Part shown: positions 1 to 14,343 of the stretch, piece by piece
Layout of the letters: every line of letters begins with the position of its first letter
How positions within the stretch are numbered: the stretch's first letter is position 1
Source: Eledone cirrhosa
Taxonomy: Eukaryota
Length of the DNA: 64,000 nt
Assembly: GCA_964016885.1 (NCBI GenBank)
Contig: CAXHJY010001495.1
Span: 1 to 64,000 of the forward strand
Direction: 5' to 3'
Position numbers and translations under genes: made by a program
Notes under the pieces: model-generated
Database searches by the model: none
Seen by the model: the letters and a program-made list of their open reading frames with translations, nothing else
What the model was told of the DNA's origin: nothing

Positions 1-1876
<1,876 letters not shown>

Positions 1877-2217
1877 AAATGGAAGTACAGCATAGTCGAA
1901 GCTTGAGCCGCAGCTAAGTCAATGAATGCTACCACAACTGCAGCCAAGCACTCGATAAGGGAGAAAACCTTAGAGTAATAACTGTGTCTACTTTAGGCAC
2001 AAGGCCAGCAATTACTCAGTACATTACTGGTACTTTAGAGTAATAACATTACTGGTACCTTAGAGTAATAACATTCCGTTTAAAGGGCTTTGAAATTGAA
2101 GATAACGACCAGTAATTCAGCCGCGGAGACCGTAGCAACGAAAGAACTCGCGAGAAAAAATACATATATATATATATATACATACACACACACGTGTATG
2201 TGTGTGTGTATATATAT

Positions 2218-2262
<45 letters not shown>

Positions 2263-2263
<1 letters not shown>

Positions 2264-2456
2264 TGGGAAAATGTTTAACCCCGACGGCAGAGCTCAAGCC
2301 GTTTCGACGGCTATTTCTGAGTCCAGAAATAGCCGTCGAAACGGCTTGAACTCTGCCGTCGGGGTTAAACATTTTCCTATTACCCACTCTACTACCCTAA
2401 GTATTGAGTACTCTGGTGCGTTATGGTCCATCTGATTCCTTACCACACCTCCTTCG

Positions 2457-2458
<2 letters not shown>
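2263..2458. mobile_element. Palindromic PLE 3'-end cassette, family A, in (TA)n
   Basis: Arms 2263-2319 and 2324-2380, plus a one-sided tail 2381-2458. Same family at 9960-10350(-), 22227-22452, 25927-26119, 39150-39287 and 48012-48124. Confidence 0.8.
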
Positions 2459-2502
<44 letters not shown>

Positions 2503-2512
2503 GTATGTGTGT

Positions 2513-2726
2513 CACTGGTAGCTAAGATGCTTCCATAGGCGGTATGCCGGTTGAGCACTCTATGCTCTTACAGAGCAGAGTATGATAGAATAGAAACGAA
2601 AAATCAGTGATGCATCTGAACCCAATTTATTGAGTGTTACAATTGTTTCCCCGGCGGACAGCTCGAGACGTGATCATTGTGTGGATCTGTCTGATTCTGG
2701 ACCCGCAGGCTTAACAAATCGTTCTT
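2513..2726 (-). mobile_element. PLE-type 3'-end fragment (3' half of HHR plus bulged hairpin)
   Basis: Minus strand reads GAAA-CAATTG-TA-ACAC, then AATAAA, then the ACTC..GAGTGCT hairpin at 2554-2581, ending in a microsatellite. Confidence 0.55.
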
Positions 2727-2847
2727 GTCGATAAAATAAAGTACCAGTAATACACTGGGTAATTGCTAGCCTTGTGCCTAAAGTAGAAACAATTATTATT
2801 ATATATATATATTCGGCCCTTGTGACCAATAAATGAAATCATTATAT

Positions 2848-3693
2848 TGGATTGGCAGTATCGGTAGAGGGTCGGACGCCATGCTAGGGTGGTGGATTGG
2901 CAGTATCGGTAGAGGGTCGGACGCCATGTTAGGGCGGTGGATTGGCAGTATCGGTAGAGGGCCGGACGCCATGTTAGGGCGGTGGATTGGCAGTATCGGT
3001 AGAGGGTCGGGACGCCATGTTAGGGTGGTGAATTGGCAGTATCGGTAGAGGGTCGGACGCCATGTTAGGGCGGTGTATTGGCAGTATCGGTAGAGGGTCG
3101 GACGCCATGTTAGGGCGGTGGATTGGCAGTATCGGTAGAGGGTCGGACGCCATGTTAGGGTGGTGGATTGGCAGTATCGGTAGAGGGTCGGACGCCATGT
3201 TAGGGCGGTGGATTGGCAGTATCGGTAGAGGGCCGGACGCCATGTTAGGGCGGTGGATTGGCAGTATCGGTAGAGGGTCGGACGCCATGTTAGGGTGGTG
3301 AATTGGCAGTATCGGTAGAGGGTCGGACGCCATGTTAGGGCGGTGGATTGGCAGTATCGGTAGAGGGTCGGACGCCATGTTAGGGCGGTGGATTGGCAGT
3401 ATCGGTAGAGGGTCGGACGCCATGTTAGGGCGGTGGATTGGCAGTATCGGTAGAGGGTCGGACGCCATGTTAGGGTGGTGGATTGGCAGTATCGGTAGAG
3501 GGTCGGACGCCATGTTAGGGTGGTGGATTGGCAGTATCGGTAGAGGGTCGGACGCCATGTTAGGGCGGTGGATTGGCAGTATCGGTAGAGGGTCGGACGC
3601 CATGTTAGGGTGGTGGATTGGCAGTATCGGTAGAGGGTCGGACGCCATGTTAGGGCGGTGGATTGGCAGTATCGGTAGAGGGTCGGACGCCAT
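2848..3693 (+). repeat. 45-bp minisatellite (19 copies) made of the SINE-1 5' head
   Basis: Unit GGATTGGCAGTATCGGTAGAGGGTCGGACGCCATGTTAGGGYGGT; the last unit continues into a full SINE. Confidence 0.95.
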
Positions 3694-4063
3694 GCTTTCC
3701 AGCATAGTTACGTCCCTTTACGATCTGAGTTCAAATCCCGCCGAGGTTGACTTTGCCTTTCATCCTTACGGGGTCGATAAAATAAAGTACCAGTAATGCA
3801 CTGGGTAATTGCTGGCCTTGTGCCTAAAGTAGAAACAATTATTTTAATTAGTATTATTTTAATTATTTTAAAAGAGGCGGTGGATTGGCAGTATCGGTAG
3901 AGGGTCGGACGCTATGCTTTGCTGTATAGAGTTACGGCCCTTTACGATCTGAGTTCAAATCCCGCCGAGGTTGACTTTGCCTTTCATCCTTACGGGGTCG
4001 ATAAAATAAAGTACCAGTAATGCACTGGGTAATTGCTGGCCTTGTGCCTAAAGTAGAAACAAT
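3654..4063 (+). mobile_element. Two tRNA-derived SINE-1 copies (3654-3842, 3876-4063)
   Basis: A-box-like TGGCAGTATCGG, B-box GAGTTCAAATCC, core GCCTTTCATCCTTACGGGGTCGATAAAATAAAGTACCAG (resembles Meta/MESC-type SINE cores), AATT(A) tail. About 30 copies or fragments occur across the window. Confidence 0.85.
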
Positions 4064-4121
<58 letters not shown>

Positions 4122-4298
4122 CACATACATATAGCTGTGAAAACTTTTGTCGCATTCTATACATAACCATCGTTTATCAAATATACACTTATTTCGTTGA
4201 CACAGAAATGTGGAAACCATAGCTAGCACTAGTCTTTTATGGAAGCTATGGAACATGTCATACCATAGGAACTGTGACATTCATGCCTTTCCAAAGAG

Positions 4299-4464
4299 TA
4301 ATAGTAGTAGTGGTGGTAGTGGTAGTGGGGTGGTAGTAGTAGTAGTAGTAGTGGCAGTAGTAGTAGTATTAGTAGTGGCAGTAGTATTAGTATTAGTAGT
4401 GGCAGTAGTAGTAGTATTAGTAGTGGCAGTAGTAGTGGTAGTAGTAGTAGTGGTGGTGGTGGTT
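4299..4464. repeat. (GTA/GTG)n trinucleotide repeat
   Basis: Direct inspection. Confidence 0.95.
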
Positions 4465-4789
4465 TAAGGTAAATAAAATAGCTTTATGTGGAAATTGGGA
4501 CCACGTCATAGTCTTAGTTTACTGATCGTCACGCATTGTTTGTTATCCGCTTATTGTTCATTTGTTGTTTGTGAAATTGTATACATTACAACAAGAAAAT
4601 CAACATTAAGTAAAGGCTTAATATAGTTGATTTTCACGCAATGTATGACGCAGATAAACAAACTTAATTTATTTACGTGTAAGTTTACGAGGGTGTGTCG
4701 GGACAGTTCGACAACAAACACAAATCAAATTATATAAATATAGTTTAAGATATAGACGTACTTGTGCAAAAATAGATTTATAGCCTCTT

Positions 4790-5400
4790 TAAGGTCTTGT
4801 GGAACCGATGCTTCCTACGTATACGAAGGAGTTCAGAAATTTAAGAGGGTTTGGTTTGTTTGTACTTGTTGAGCTCTCTTGATTATGGTAAATGTATTCA
4901 GAATTTGCGGGGTAGACAAAGACATATATCGTCTGCCGATTTTTGAAGGTTATGTAGAAAGGTAGTAACTTCTGATACGGCGTCTGATAAAAGAGTGATA
5001 TTATCAGCATAATCCTCACCCGTCATTGTTGTGACTGGGTAGCGAGGTAAGGTGGAATTTCCTAAAATAAAAAAAGTTTTTTTTTATTTTTTATTTGCCA
5101 AATGAAATGTGAAGGAGGTAATCTAAGCAAACAATAAACAGGAATGGCGCAAGTGCATCACCTTGCACGACGTCTTCATTGATGTCAAAGAAATTGTTGT
5201 CTCCGTCAAATGATTGCACTTAAGTTCTTGTAGCTTTGTAGAGCATCATACTTCTTGCTGCTGATCTTGTGATATTCCCATATATGAGAGGAATGTGTTC
5301 CATTGTGTCACTTGATGGAGTCGAAAGCTTTAGAGAAGTCTACAAAAATTACAGTTGCCTGTAGATTTTTATCCTCCATTTCTTCAACGATTATTTTGAC
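4790..5400 (-). pseudogene. Degenerate LINE reverse transcriptase fragment (RTE-like)
   Basis: Manual minus-strand translation gives IFVDFSKAFDSI (~5315-5350), VQGDALAPFLF (~5135-5170), DYADNITLLSD (~4980-5015) and FVYVGS, across frameshifts. Confidence 0.8.
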
Positions 5401-5749
5401 TCTAAACCGATATTTCCTAACTTATTTTAGTTACGCCGCCAGACTTTCTCAATGTAACTATTAAAGGAAATAAACTTCGTTTAGGGACACAACACTATGG
5501 GAAAGGACGTGCATCTACATGTGAGAACACAGATACCTAAATATGGAATGTTACGCGAATGTTACGAAAGAGAAGCTTCTTTCGTACTACGTGGAATCAG
5601 TGCAATCCCGAGATACTCCTAATGTAAACGTTTACCTTATTTTATTAACAGCCTCTCATAATGGGAACGTGGGATACTAATGATGGCAAACAGTATGAAC
5701 AATATGAAGAAAGTCAGTTTTCTTCCCCTGTTGACGTCAAGTCCCCCAA

Positions 5750-6535
5750 CGCACTTGGGATGCCATCCAGTGCAGCCTGGTCTCAGACAGGCTCACGCGC
5801 CAGCTCGACCAGCACCGCCTTGCTTGTTTTCGTGCGGCCTCCAAACCCCACAGTGGTGCCTGGCTCCATGCTCTGCCCTCCTTCTCCACTGGCACGCAGC
5901 TAGACAACCATAGCCTGCGAATCGGCGTTTCCCTGATCCTTCGGATCTGCCAGCCACACCAATGTCGCTGCGGTTCCACCGTGGACTCTTTCGGCCTCCA
6001 CCCGCTTTCCTGTCGCCACAGTGCCGGCCGCATTCCACGCCATACTGCCCTCAACGAGGTCATTAAGCATGGCTTGGATGCTGCAGGCTTCCCTTCCCAG
6101 CTTGAGCCGGTGGGGCTGGGTCGAGGGGACGGCAAAAGGCCAAATGGCATGACCATCTTCCCGTTCCGCGGTGGCAAACCCCTCGTCTGGGATGCCACTT
6201 GTACCGACACTTTCTGCAGCCGCAACCTGGTGCAGTCTGCGACTGACCCAGGTTCTGCTGGACGTCGGGCTGAGGGGGCCAAACTCCTCAAATACCGGTC
6301 GCTCTCCGACAGGTTTGCGGTCGTTCCCCTGGCAGTGGAAACTTCTGGTGTCCTCGGCCCCAGGGCTACCTCCTTACTTACCACCATAGGCGCTGAGCTG
6401 GCCAGCCGCAGGTGTGAGCCCCGCGACTTGGAGTGGCTTTTCCAGCGCGTCTCCCTTGCCGTCCTCCGGGGAAACGCCTTCTCCATTCTGTCCGCCAGGG
6501 CTGTGGGTGGGCCCCATCGCGTACCAATACATTAG
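5750..6535 (+). mobile_element. 3' part of a CRE-clade non-LTR retrotransposon (Zn-knuckle plus restriction-like endonuclease)
   Basis: ORF 5981-6535 has CxC..H..C..RH..LN, DGKRPNG, WDAT, PLAVET.G and FQRVSLAVLRGNA. Upstream frameshifted sequence reads RLACFRAASKPHSGAWLHALP. Confidence 0.85.
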
Positions 6536-6619
6536 TTTAAGTAGCTTATATCGAATAATATAATCCTTTCCAATGCTGCTCTCATGTTCTTTATTTAAAA
6601 AGAAATATAATAATTCTGG

Positions 6620-7960
6620 CATAAGGACAAGCCCAGTAATTTGGAGAAAAGGGAAAGTCAATTAAATCGGCCCAGTACTTTACTGGTACTTTATTTTACC
6701 GATCCCAGAAGGAGGAAAGGTAAAGGTGACCTCGACGGCATTTGAATTCAGACCGTGAAGGGCCATAACTACAAAGCATTTTGTCCGACGCTCTGGTGAT
6801 TCCACCAATACACTGCTCCTTTAAAATAATAATTTCTAATTTAGGCACAAGGCCAGCAATTCTGGAGGGAAGGGAAAGTCGATTATATCGGCCCCAATAC
6901 TTGACTGGTACTTTATTTTATCGACCTCGGAAGGATGAAAAGCAAAGTTAACCTCGGCGAGATTTGAACGCAGAACGTAGAAAGTTGCAACAAAATAAAG
7001 CAAAATATTTTGTCCGACAGCCTTTCTAATACTTCCAACCCGCCGAGGTTAACTTTGCCTTTCATCCTTACGGGGGTCGATAAAATAAACTACCAGTAAT
7101 GCACTGGGGTAATTTGCTGGCCTTGTGCCAAAAGTAGAAACAATTATTACCCAGTTTCTTGTATATCTATGATTTGGGGCGCAGCAAAATGAAGGATGAA
7201 AAGGCTTCATTAGTTTACAAAGGTACCAAAGATGATATATATTAGTTAAGTAAAGATTCATTGGCAGTATCGGTAGAGGGTCGGACGCCATGCTTTCCAG
7301 CATAGTTACGTCCCCAGCGAAGGTTAACTTTGCCTTTCATCCTTACGGGGTCGATAAAATAAAGTACCAGTAATGTACTGGGGTGATTGCTGGCCTTGTG
7401 CCAAAAGTAGAAACAATTATGTAAAATAATGGTTTCGGATTTAGGCATACAGTCAACAATTTGGGCTGAGGGAAAAGTCAATTAAATCGACCCAAGAGCG
7501 TTACTGGTACTTTAATTTATGGACCACGTAAGGATGTGAAACAAAGCTAACCTCGGCGGGATTTGAACTCAGTCTTGTGCCTAAATCAGAAACCAAATAA
7601 TAATAATAATTGTTTCTACTTTAGGCACAAGGCCAACATTTGGGGGGGGGGAGTCGTTTAAATCGACCTCAGTGCATCACTGGTACTTTATTTTATCGAC
7701 CGCGTGAGGTTATCAGAACGTAAAGCATGGCGTCTGACGCTCTACCGATGTTCAAATGTTATGGGAGTCTCACATTTAGCTGATTTAAATTAAATTAATG
7801 ATTCTGTGAATAATTGTTTCGACTTTAGGTACAAGACCAGCAATTTGAAGGGTGAGGGTGATTAAATCGATTCCAGTGCATTACTGGTGTTTTGAACTCA
7901 GAACGTAAAGGGCCGTAACTCTCTGCCGCGAAACATGGTGCCCGACACTGTTACCAATAA
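6620..7960. mobile_element. Cluster of ~7 SINE-1 copies or fragments in both orientations
   Basis: Repeated GGCACAAGGCCAGCAATT, ACTGGTACTTTATTTTATCGAC and GATTTGAACTCAG motifs. Confidence 0.8.
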
Positions 7961-8963
7961 TTCCAATTCAGTGTCCTTATCAGGAACAACACAGTACACA
8001 AGTGTAGTAACTGTTTTTATATGGTCTACTATAATTACTCACGAGAAAACCTCAAATCAATGCTAATAGTTGTGCAAACTGATATGTAATTGGGAATGCC
8101 TTTGTGGTCTTGTCCGCGGGGTGCAAACCCCTTTACCGCCACATCCTAGGCCCAGAGCCCAATCACCCCCCTCCCCATTCTTCTATGACACTAGAGCCAC
8201 CCCCACCCCCACCCACCCCTTCCGTTTTTCTTTTCTCTTTTTTCTGTATATTCTCCTATTTTACATTCCATTCAATTCTTCTATATATAATTTTTATTTT
8301 TTTCTATTAAAAACTTTATTCACACGATATATTCCATAAATAAAATTATTTGTCCCAAAAAAATAAATTCAAACATATGAAGATTAATGGCCGAAGTTTA
8401 GAAGGGAAAGAATTTGAAATGAAACATTGTGCAGAAACATGCTAGCAGTATGCTATCAACAGATCACCAAATAATCTAATAATAAGTTATAGTAATGAGA
8501 GTATATGTGAAAAGGTTAAGTTACATCAAATAAAATGCATGAATCAAACCAGGAATGTTATCAATCTGACTTCGTGAGAGAACTTAGTTGATGTTTTTTA
8601 AAAAAAATCTCAAATATTCATTATCTATTGAGAGATTTTATAAGAAGTATTTTTTTTTTTATATACAAAGGGTGAAAGCAGCGATTCTTTGCTTAAACTT
8701 TAATCTGTTATTTTAATAAATATTTGCTCTAGGATTCTTATATATTTGATATATATTTATCCTTATCGAGACCTCGTTGGATTTTAGTTTTCACATTTTA
8801 TTATTACTATATATATATATATATATTATATACATTTTTTTTCATATATATATATATAGATATAGAGGTAGAACACTGGAAAGTAATATCCGTAGTGGTA
8901 GAGCACTCAGTCCATGGGACGAGTTTGGTAGAAGTGGTTACACAACAGTTAGTTCACCATACC

Positions 8964-8999
8964 GAGAACAATTGTTTCACCTTAGCGCATCTTCAGCTC
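8964..8999 (-). ncRNA. Minimal type-I hammerhead ribozyme in PLE 3'-end cassette 8866-9055
   Basis: GAG-CTGAAGA-tgcgctaaggt-GAAA-CAATTG-TT-CTC; palindromic stem III, weak stem II. Same family as palindrome 21141-21280. Confidence 0.7.
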
Positions 9000-9096
9000 A
9001 TACTGGTCATGGTTATACGGAACAGGATGAACAACCGTATGCACAGAAACTGTCATATATATATATATATGGCAGTCATATATATATGACAGTGAA

Positions 9097-9312
9097 GGCG
9101 TGTGGCTGAGTGGTTAGAGAATTGGATTCGCAATCGTAAGGTTGTGAGTTCGATTCCTGTACCAGGCGATGCGTTATGTCCTTGAGCAAGACACTTTATT
9201 TCACGTTGCTCCTTCTACCTTGAGTTGCGACCGATAGATAGTATTAGCAATTGGAAAGACCAACGGAAACATTGTTCCCTCGGTCCGATTTGACGAAAGT
9301 CGATCGTTCCTT
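9097..9312 (+). mobile_element. tRNA-derived SINE-2
   Basis: A box TGGCTGAGTGG, B box GAGTTCGATTCC, then GTCCTTGAGCAAGACACTT. Other copies at 32555-32728 and 48883-49076; relatives at 56590-56810 and 57750-58075(-). Confidence 0.85.
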
Positions 9313-9322
9313 GATATATATA

Positions 9323-9685
9323 TTCTCACTTCCTCCCGTTTGGCTAGTAGTGGGTTCTCTTCTTGCTCACATCTCACTCACGTCGGACGGTCTGTATCCT
9401 GGTCGCTCATGAAATCCACCCAGCTTATGCTGACCGGATAACTATGTTGCTTGTTTATTCCCATCTTTGAGTTGCTTTCATCCTTTTATGTTGTTTACTT
9501 GTCTCACTCGCTTTACTTGATTTACTTGTCCCAATAGCTTTTTTTAGTTATTGCTCGCACCAACCTGAGGTATATGATTTTTAATGCGACGAAATATCAA
9601 TGATGGTTGGCAAATCACTGACGAAGGACTAATTTTATCATATGTAACCCATGTGCAACCACGCAGTATTCTTCTTTCTTCTCAT

Positions 9686-9690
<5 letters not shown>
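9323..9690 (+). mobile_element. (TA)n-flanked family B 3'-end fragment
   Basis: Homologous to 29491-29845(-), 29846-29912(+), 29920-30387(+) and 39320-39425(+). Degenerate CTGAGG..GAAA motif closed by CCAAC/GTTGG. Confidence 0.6.
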
Positions 9691-9728
<38 letters not shown>

Positions 9729-11051
9729 GGTAGTAACACGTGCTTACGCCGTATTTGACTAAATAGAATTAGTTGGGGGTTAATAAAAACCTCTGAATGG
9801 AAAAAAAGAATGAGTATTGACGTACATGGGACACAAACCCATATCTTTGGTTTGCCGGACCAATGTGTTACCATTACACCAACGCGCCACCCAAGCTTCC
9901 CTCCATTCAATTAGAAGCTATATAACCATAGCATATATATATATATATATATATATATAGGAAAAAGTATGACCCCGACGGCAGAGCTCAAGCCGTTTCG
10001 ACGGCTATTTCTGGACTAAATTAGAATTTTTAGCCTGGTTAATAAATAGCCGAACTTGTCCTTATATGGGAAGATTGTAGTTGTCAAGAGGCTTGGTTAA
10101 AATTTGTTGTAAACACAAATAAGTCTATTATGGCATTTGGTCGGGGGTAGGTGTGGCTGAACTTGCCTGTAGAACAATAGGGGAGAGTGGAGCGGTCAAG
10201 CGTTGAAAGTGATATATATACAGCAGATTCTAAGGAGAGTGTATGAAGTGGAGGAGGGAGGTAATAGAATAGGTAAATCGAATGAGAGTAGGAGGCAATA
10301 AAAGATACTAGAAAGAAATAAAAAAATATATAAAATTGGACAGTGAGAAATGAATTAAAAAAAAAAAATTTAAAAAAATTACGTACGCATGTATGTACAT
10401 ACGTATACATGTACATACATACATACATATGTACATACGTACATATATACGTACGTACATGCATACATACACACATACGTCCGTACGTATGTATGTATGT
10501 ACGTACATAAATACATGATGGCTGCCCCCTCGTTATCAAGTATGACCATTGAACGATATACCATTATTAATAATTATTCATTAATTCCATCGTGCAATGT
10601 CTGTGCGTGAAGATATTTTTTAAAGTGAGGAAAGACTGTGCACTGAGCCAATCCCACTCTCTCAGCGACAGTAGCTATAACCTGAAAAGAAGAAAAGATC
10701 AACATCATCGGTAACTACTGAGCCGCAGGTTTTATATCGGAATTATCCCAGTTTCCTAAGTTGCCTTCTCCTAGAAGAATGCCCTGACAAAGGCTAGGGA
10801 TCCTCCACTCCCAGTGGTTTAACCGCGCGATCGGGTGTCCAGCCCGACTATTTCTATGTCGCCGCGCATATTCATACACATGCACCCATGTATATACACA
10901 TATACATAATCATACATTCATACATACATATACATACATGCATACATACGTACGTACATGCATACGTACATTCATACATACATATGTATGAATGTACGTA
11001 TGTATGCATCAGGCCACGAACTTACTTTATATCACGAATTAGCTTTTAGTT

Positions 11052-12984
11052 TGTAGCAGTTACCTCCCTTGTTGTGACTCACAACCCCAATAGATTAACA
11101 ACATCTAGACGGGAAGTAGAACCCTTTCTGTAACTTCCGGTCAGAACCCTATAAAACTAACAACTTTAAGTTCTCACTCTCTCATTTGCCCTTCCGGCGC
11201 CTGGCCTTCGCCAGGCGCCTCGCGTTTGCCTGGCAATCAAAACGGTAACTACTAACTTTGCTTCATTCTATCATCTATTTCTTTGACATGTCAACTATAC
11301 TGTTCTATATATATCCAAAATTATTGATTAAATATTATACACACAAACGATGTCTCCTTGTTACATTCATACAACCCAGTATCCCCGCTATATTGGTAAC
11401 CCTGACGTGATACGAACACGCAGCCGTTCATTGTTATAAGTGGTCACCCCCCCACCCCCCACCCACCCCCAAACAAAAATAATAGCAGAATCTGGTGTGG
11501 TGTGAGTAACATTACGAATACACAGCAAATTTATTGACAAACTATGAAAATACGCAGTCAGAGAATCGCACATACAGACTTTTTCTCTCACGCATCAACT
11601 AACTGTCGCATTTCACGATATATATGTTTCTCGTTTCTTACAACGAACACTTTCAAAACAAAAAAGGGAGGAAAAAAGAAATTTGATATTTTTTTTGTTA
11701 AAAAACATTTCAACAGGAACATTTATTTTCGATGAACCATTACCTTTTTTTTTCATCGTTTTCTTCATCGTTCAAGTTTTTTTTCAAAGTTCACACCAAT
11801 AATTATGCTAAGTGAAGCCTTTCTTTTTCATCATTGTCACTTTCACACATTTTTTTCAAAATTGCTGCCAACGACCTGTTGCACTTTCATTTTCTCGCGC
11901 GTTAGAAATATTATTTTTTTCAACCTAACTTAACCTTGTATTGGCACGTGTAGGCAGCACAAATTCTCGACTCACAGAGATAGCCGCACGCCAGAGATAA
12001 CGTTTCTCGCCAAGGATTCTTCAGCCTTAAGCTATATTCTCCTATTTGCCGGTTTAAAAATTTACCACGTAAATTTGCCGTTGAAAACTGCGCATTTATT
12101 CAGAATGCTTATTTCTTTGGTCGCTGGCCTCTTGACCCTTCCAGGTCAACGCATTCTCAACATCGACCATCAACTTCGGCTGTTATTTCTAGCACTGTGC
12201 ACAACTCATTTTTTCTGAAAAAATTTTTTTTACTGTGAATTTAAACACCGAATACGCTCACTCCGCGAGACAACAACATCAACAGCAACACAGCTTCACC
12301 AACAACCAAAACCAGCAGAACAAGCCAGAGAATTTATTTTTGCAGCACTTTTCCTGTGAGAAAATCCATTCGGAGGTTGGAAATTTCACGATATACCACA
12401 GAACAGAAACCACCTGCATTCATTCTCTGGAATACACTTTCTTTCCTGCTGCTATGTGATTGCACACCTGTGAACTATAATTTGAACTTTGAGCTCTTCT
12501 CTTACTTTATTACATTGTATCTTTGGGTGATGGATAGATAGATGTCCAGTCGTTCTCTGGCCAAGAGCGGTTGGCTACCTTGATATCTATCATTGATTTT
12601 TGCAAACATTCTTTTGTCGTAATTTTCATGCCTGTTACAACATTCTCGCCAACTTGCTACATATTTCATTCGATTTTTATATTCTAAAATTCTGGCGGGA
12701 GGTTATGTAGCAGTTGCCTCCCTTGTTGTGACTCACAACCCCAATAGATTAACAACATCTAGACGGGAAGTAGAACCCTTTCTGTAACTTCCGGTCAGAA
12801 CCCTATAAAACTAACAACTTTAAGTTCTCACTCTCTCATTTGCCCTTCCGGCGCCTGGCCTTCGCCAGGCGTCTCGCGTTTGCCTGGCAATCAAAACGGT
12901 AACTACTAACTTTGCTTCATTCTATCATCTATTTCTTTGACATGTCTCCTTGTTACATTCATACAACCCAGTATCCCCGCTATA
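11052..12984 (+). mobile_element. Non-autonomous LTR retrotransposon (TRIM/LARD-like), complete
   Basis: LTRs 11052-11392 and 12706-12984 (TGTAGC...GCTATA; the 3' LTR lacks 62 bp between ATGTC microhomologies). TSD AGTT at 11048-11051 and 12985-12988, PBS 11394-11411, PPT GGCGGGAGG 12694-12702, no coding ORF inside. Confidence 0.92.
11394..11425 (+). promoter_or_regulatory. Primer-binding site complementary to the tRNA-Trp 3' end (extended)
   Basis: TGGTAACCCTGACGTGAT-A-CGAACACGCAGCC versus the reverse complement of animal tRNA-Trp(CCA), TGGTGACCCCGACGTGAT-T-CGAACACGCAGCC (recalled consensus). Confidence 0.85.
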
Positions 12985-13550
12985 AGTTCTTGCTTGAATG
13001 CCCTTTTTAATTTTGTTATTTCTATATTGAAGGGCAGTAGATTGACAGGGTCGTTAGTGTATCAGAGGAAATACTTTGCTGTATGCCCTTTACGTTCTGA
13101 CATCAAATCTTGTCAAGGTCAGTCAACTTTGCCTTTCGTCATTCCGTGATCGATAAAATAAAGTACCAATGAAGCACTGGGTCGATTTAATCGAACTTCC
13201 TTCCACTTACAAAATTGCAGGATAAGTATAAAGATCTCCTAACTCCTTGTGGAGTCGTAGAGCCACCGTCCCACGGGGGGTGTCTAGGGCACTTTAAACC
13301 TGGCGGAGCCCAACCCTCACCAGGTCTGAACACAGTCGATTTTCTGTTATTGAGGAAGAATCGACCAAGTACTGGACTGGTCCTTTTTTTTTTTTATCAA
13401 CCTCAAAAGGATGAAAGGTAAAGTTGACCACACGCAATGAGGTGGGCGACTATAAAACATTCTATCCGACATTCTAACGACTCTTGCAGGCCTTATGCCT
13501 AAATCAGAAGACATTTATTTATTTATTATCATACTTTTTACAAATCATTA

Positions 13551-14343
13551 TTTACCGACGAGGTTAACTTTGCCTTTCATCCTTACGGGGTCGATAAAAT
13601 AAAGTACCAGTAATGTACTGAGATAATTGCTGGCCTTGTGCCTAAAGTAGTAACAATTATTTACCGAGGGTCGGACATGCTTTCCAGCATAGTTACGTCC
13701 CTTTACGATCTGACTTCAAATCCCGCCGAGGTTAACTTTGCCTTTCATCCTTACGGGATCGATGAAATAAAGTACCAGTAATGTACTGAGATAATTGCTG
13801 GCCTTGTGCCAAAAGTAGTAACAATTATTTACCGAGGGTCGGACATGCTTTCCAGCATAGTTACGTCCCTTTACGATCTGACTACAAATCCCGCCGAGGT
13901 TAACTTTGCCTTTCATCCTTACGGGATCGATGAAATAAAGTACCAGTAATGTACTGGGATAATTGCTGGCCTTGTGCCAAAAGTAGAAACAATTATTTAC
14001 CGAGGGTCGGACATGCTTTCCAGCATAGTTACGTCCCTTTACGATCTGACTTCAAATCCCGCCGAGGTTAACTTTGCCTTTCATCCTTACGGGATCGATG
14101 AAATAAAGTACCAGTAATGTACTGGTGTAAAATTACTGGCCTTGTGCCTAAAGTAGAAACAATTATTTACCGAGGGTCGGACATGCTTTCCAGCATAGTT
14201 ACGTCCCTTTACGATCTGAGTTCAAATCCCGCCGAGGTTAACTTTGCCTTTCATCCTTACGGGATCGATGAAATAAAGTACCAGTAATGCACTGGTGTAA
14301 AATTACTGGCCTTGTGCCTAAAGTAGAAACAATTATTTACCGA
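13551..14343 (+). repeat. Tandem array of 5'-truncated SINE-1 (~168-170-bp unit, 4 full plus 1 partial)
   Basis: Units start at ~13660, 13828, 13996 and 14166 with TTTACCGAGGGTCGGACATGC. Confidence 0.92.

Noticed and set aside
2848-3693. CRISPR-like regular repeat
   Set aside because: There are no unique spacers, the unit is a SINE head, there are no cas genes, and the context is eukaryotic.
9097-9170. tRNA gene
   Set aside because: A and B boxes are present but no full cloverleaf, and it continues into a repeated SINE body.
9555-9640. Family B GAAA...CTGAYGA arrangement as a type-II hammerhead
   Set aside because: There is no valid NUH triplet next to stem I and no closing stem II in the copies examined; left as a degenerate motif.
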